From assembly GCF_006345805.1 (NCBI RefSeq), contig NC_043001.1, forward strand, positions 75,764,001-75,828,000: 64,000 nucleotides of DNA. Reading direction: 5' to 3'. Position 1 is the stretch's first letter; the number at the start of each line of letters is the position of its first letter. Under the pieces are notes generated by a model. It made no database searches, was not told the origin of the DNA, and saw only the letters and a list, made by a program, of their open reading frames with translations. Made by a program: the position numbers and the translations under genes. Positions 62,941-64,000 of the stretch are shown here, piece after piece. This DNA comes from Octopus sinensis. Its lineage: Eukaryota.

Positions 62941-63901
62941 CAGTGGCGAGCAAAAATAAGGGGAACGATTAATATTTTATCAAATGTCAGAAAAGCTAGT
63001 GAACGTACAAATTCGTAATTGGTTTCCTAAACACGGTAAACCATTGGCTAAATTCTCTGAAAAATCTTAAATTTGTAAACGGTCTTAATAAAATTTGATA
63101 AACACTAACACTAGTTTCGTCCAAATGTCTCATATGCAAAATGAGAGAACGATTAGATTCTTTCAGGAATTTCTGGACATTTCAAACATTGTTTACATTT
63201 GCAGGCTCATCGTTACTACCGTTTCAGTATTGTGCTAGCTTCCGAGCATGGCGCACCACGCTAAAGTTACTCCAGACCTCCGAAAAGAAATTGTCAGGAT
63301 GAAAGTTTCAGGGATGACCCACTCGGCTATTTCACGAGACGTAAGGAGATCTAAGAGTGTAGTTTCACGTGATCTTAAGCTCTATAAAGAAACTAAAGGT
63401 TTTGAACAGAAAAAGGCAACTGGCAGACCACGCAAAACCACCATGCGAGATATTCGAGCCATAAAACGGTACGTATTGAAGGATCCTTTTCATGCAAGAT
63501 GTCATACTGCAAACAGTGTTACTGAATTCTTTAGTGAACAAAATATCCAAGTAATGAAGTGGCCAGCACAAAGTCCAGACTTGAATCCAATTGAGAAAAG
63601 GTCTACGAACATCATACTAACTGTATTAAATTTATATTTACATTTCTTTCTATCATTTTGAGTTAATTGAAGCATGTTTTGGTTTGATCGTTCTCTTATT
63701 TTGCACATGAGACATTCGGACGAAACTAGTATTAGTGTTATTAACTTTTATTAAGACCATTGTCCAAACTTAGATTTTTCACAGAATTTAGCTAATGGCT
63801 AACCGTATTTACGAAACCAATTGCGAATTTGAACGTTTACTAGCTTTTCGAAATTAAAAAAAATATTAATCATTCTCTTTTTTTTTTTTTGCTTGCTACT
63901 G
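62941..63901 (+). mobile_element. Tc1-like transposon with ~215-bp TIRs, internally deleted
   Basis: TA|cagtggcgagcaaaaa ... tttttgcttgctactg|TA; TIRs ~62941-63154 / 63686-63901. Confidence 0.92.
63248..63661 (+). CDS. Internally deleted Tc1 transposase (HTH region fused in frame to the C-terminal WPAQSPDLNPIE)
   Basis: MAHHAKVTPDLRKEIV..GRPRKTT..KDPF joined to VMKWPAQSPDLNPIE; the first two catalytic Asp segments are missing. Confidence 0.8.
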   Translation: MAHHAKVTPDLRKEIVRMKVSGMTHSAISRDVRRSKSVVSRDLKLYKETKGFEQKKATGRPRKTTMRDIRAIKRYVLKDPFHARCHTANSVTEFFSEQNIQVMKWPAQSPDLNPIEKRSTNIILTVLNLYLHFFLSF

Positions 63902-64000
63902 TATATACAATGTACTGTTCAGTGATAGTAACTTCAGCAAAAAGAAGTACTCCATCTGGTGAGAGATAAATATTATTTGATAGACAAAATGCGTTATTAT

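Overview
AT-rich, extremely repeat-dense eukaryotic DNA, most likely intronic or intergenic sequence from a coleoid cephalopod (Octopus). That assignment is an inference from the tRNA-derived SINE families and microsatellite load. No intact host gene can be identified; almost all long ORFs in the track are microsatellite artefacts (YI/HT/CV/poly-I/L/Y/N). Recognisable content: one near-complete mariner (5560-6821), a long-TIR Tc1 deletion derivative (62941-63901), further mariner relics and MITEs, four Penelope-like (PLE) relics, CR1/RTE/L1-like LINE fragments, a Helitron helicase relic, three tRNA-SINE families in dozens of copies, and two (AAT)n-microsatellite nests (39.5-47.6 kb, 57.3-61.3 kb) filled with R4/Dong-type LINE fragments plus an unclassified ~550-bp non-coding element. 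The most interesting signals are: (i) several hammerhead-ribozyme-like motifs, some inside long palindromes; (ii) the strand-specific AAT-targeting LINE plus ~550-bp partner, with recurrent chimeric junctions; (iii) a TSD-flanked tail-swapped SINE trimer; (iv) faint relics of a possibly Ig-like decayed coding sequence. All calls were made by eye without database searches. Boundaries of decayed elements are approximate (tens of bp).
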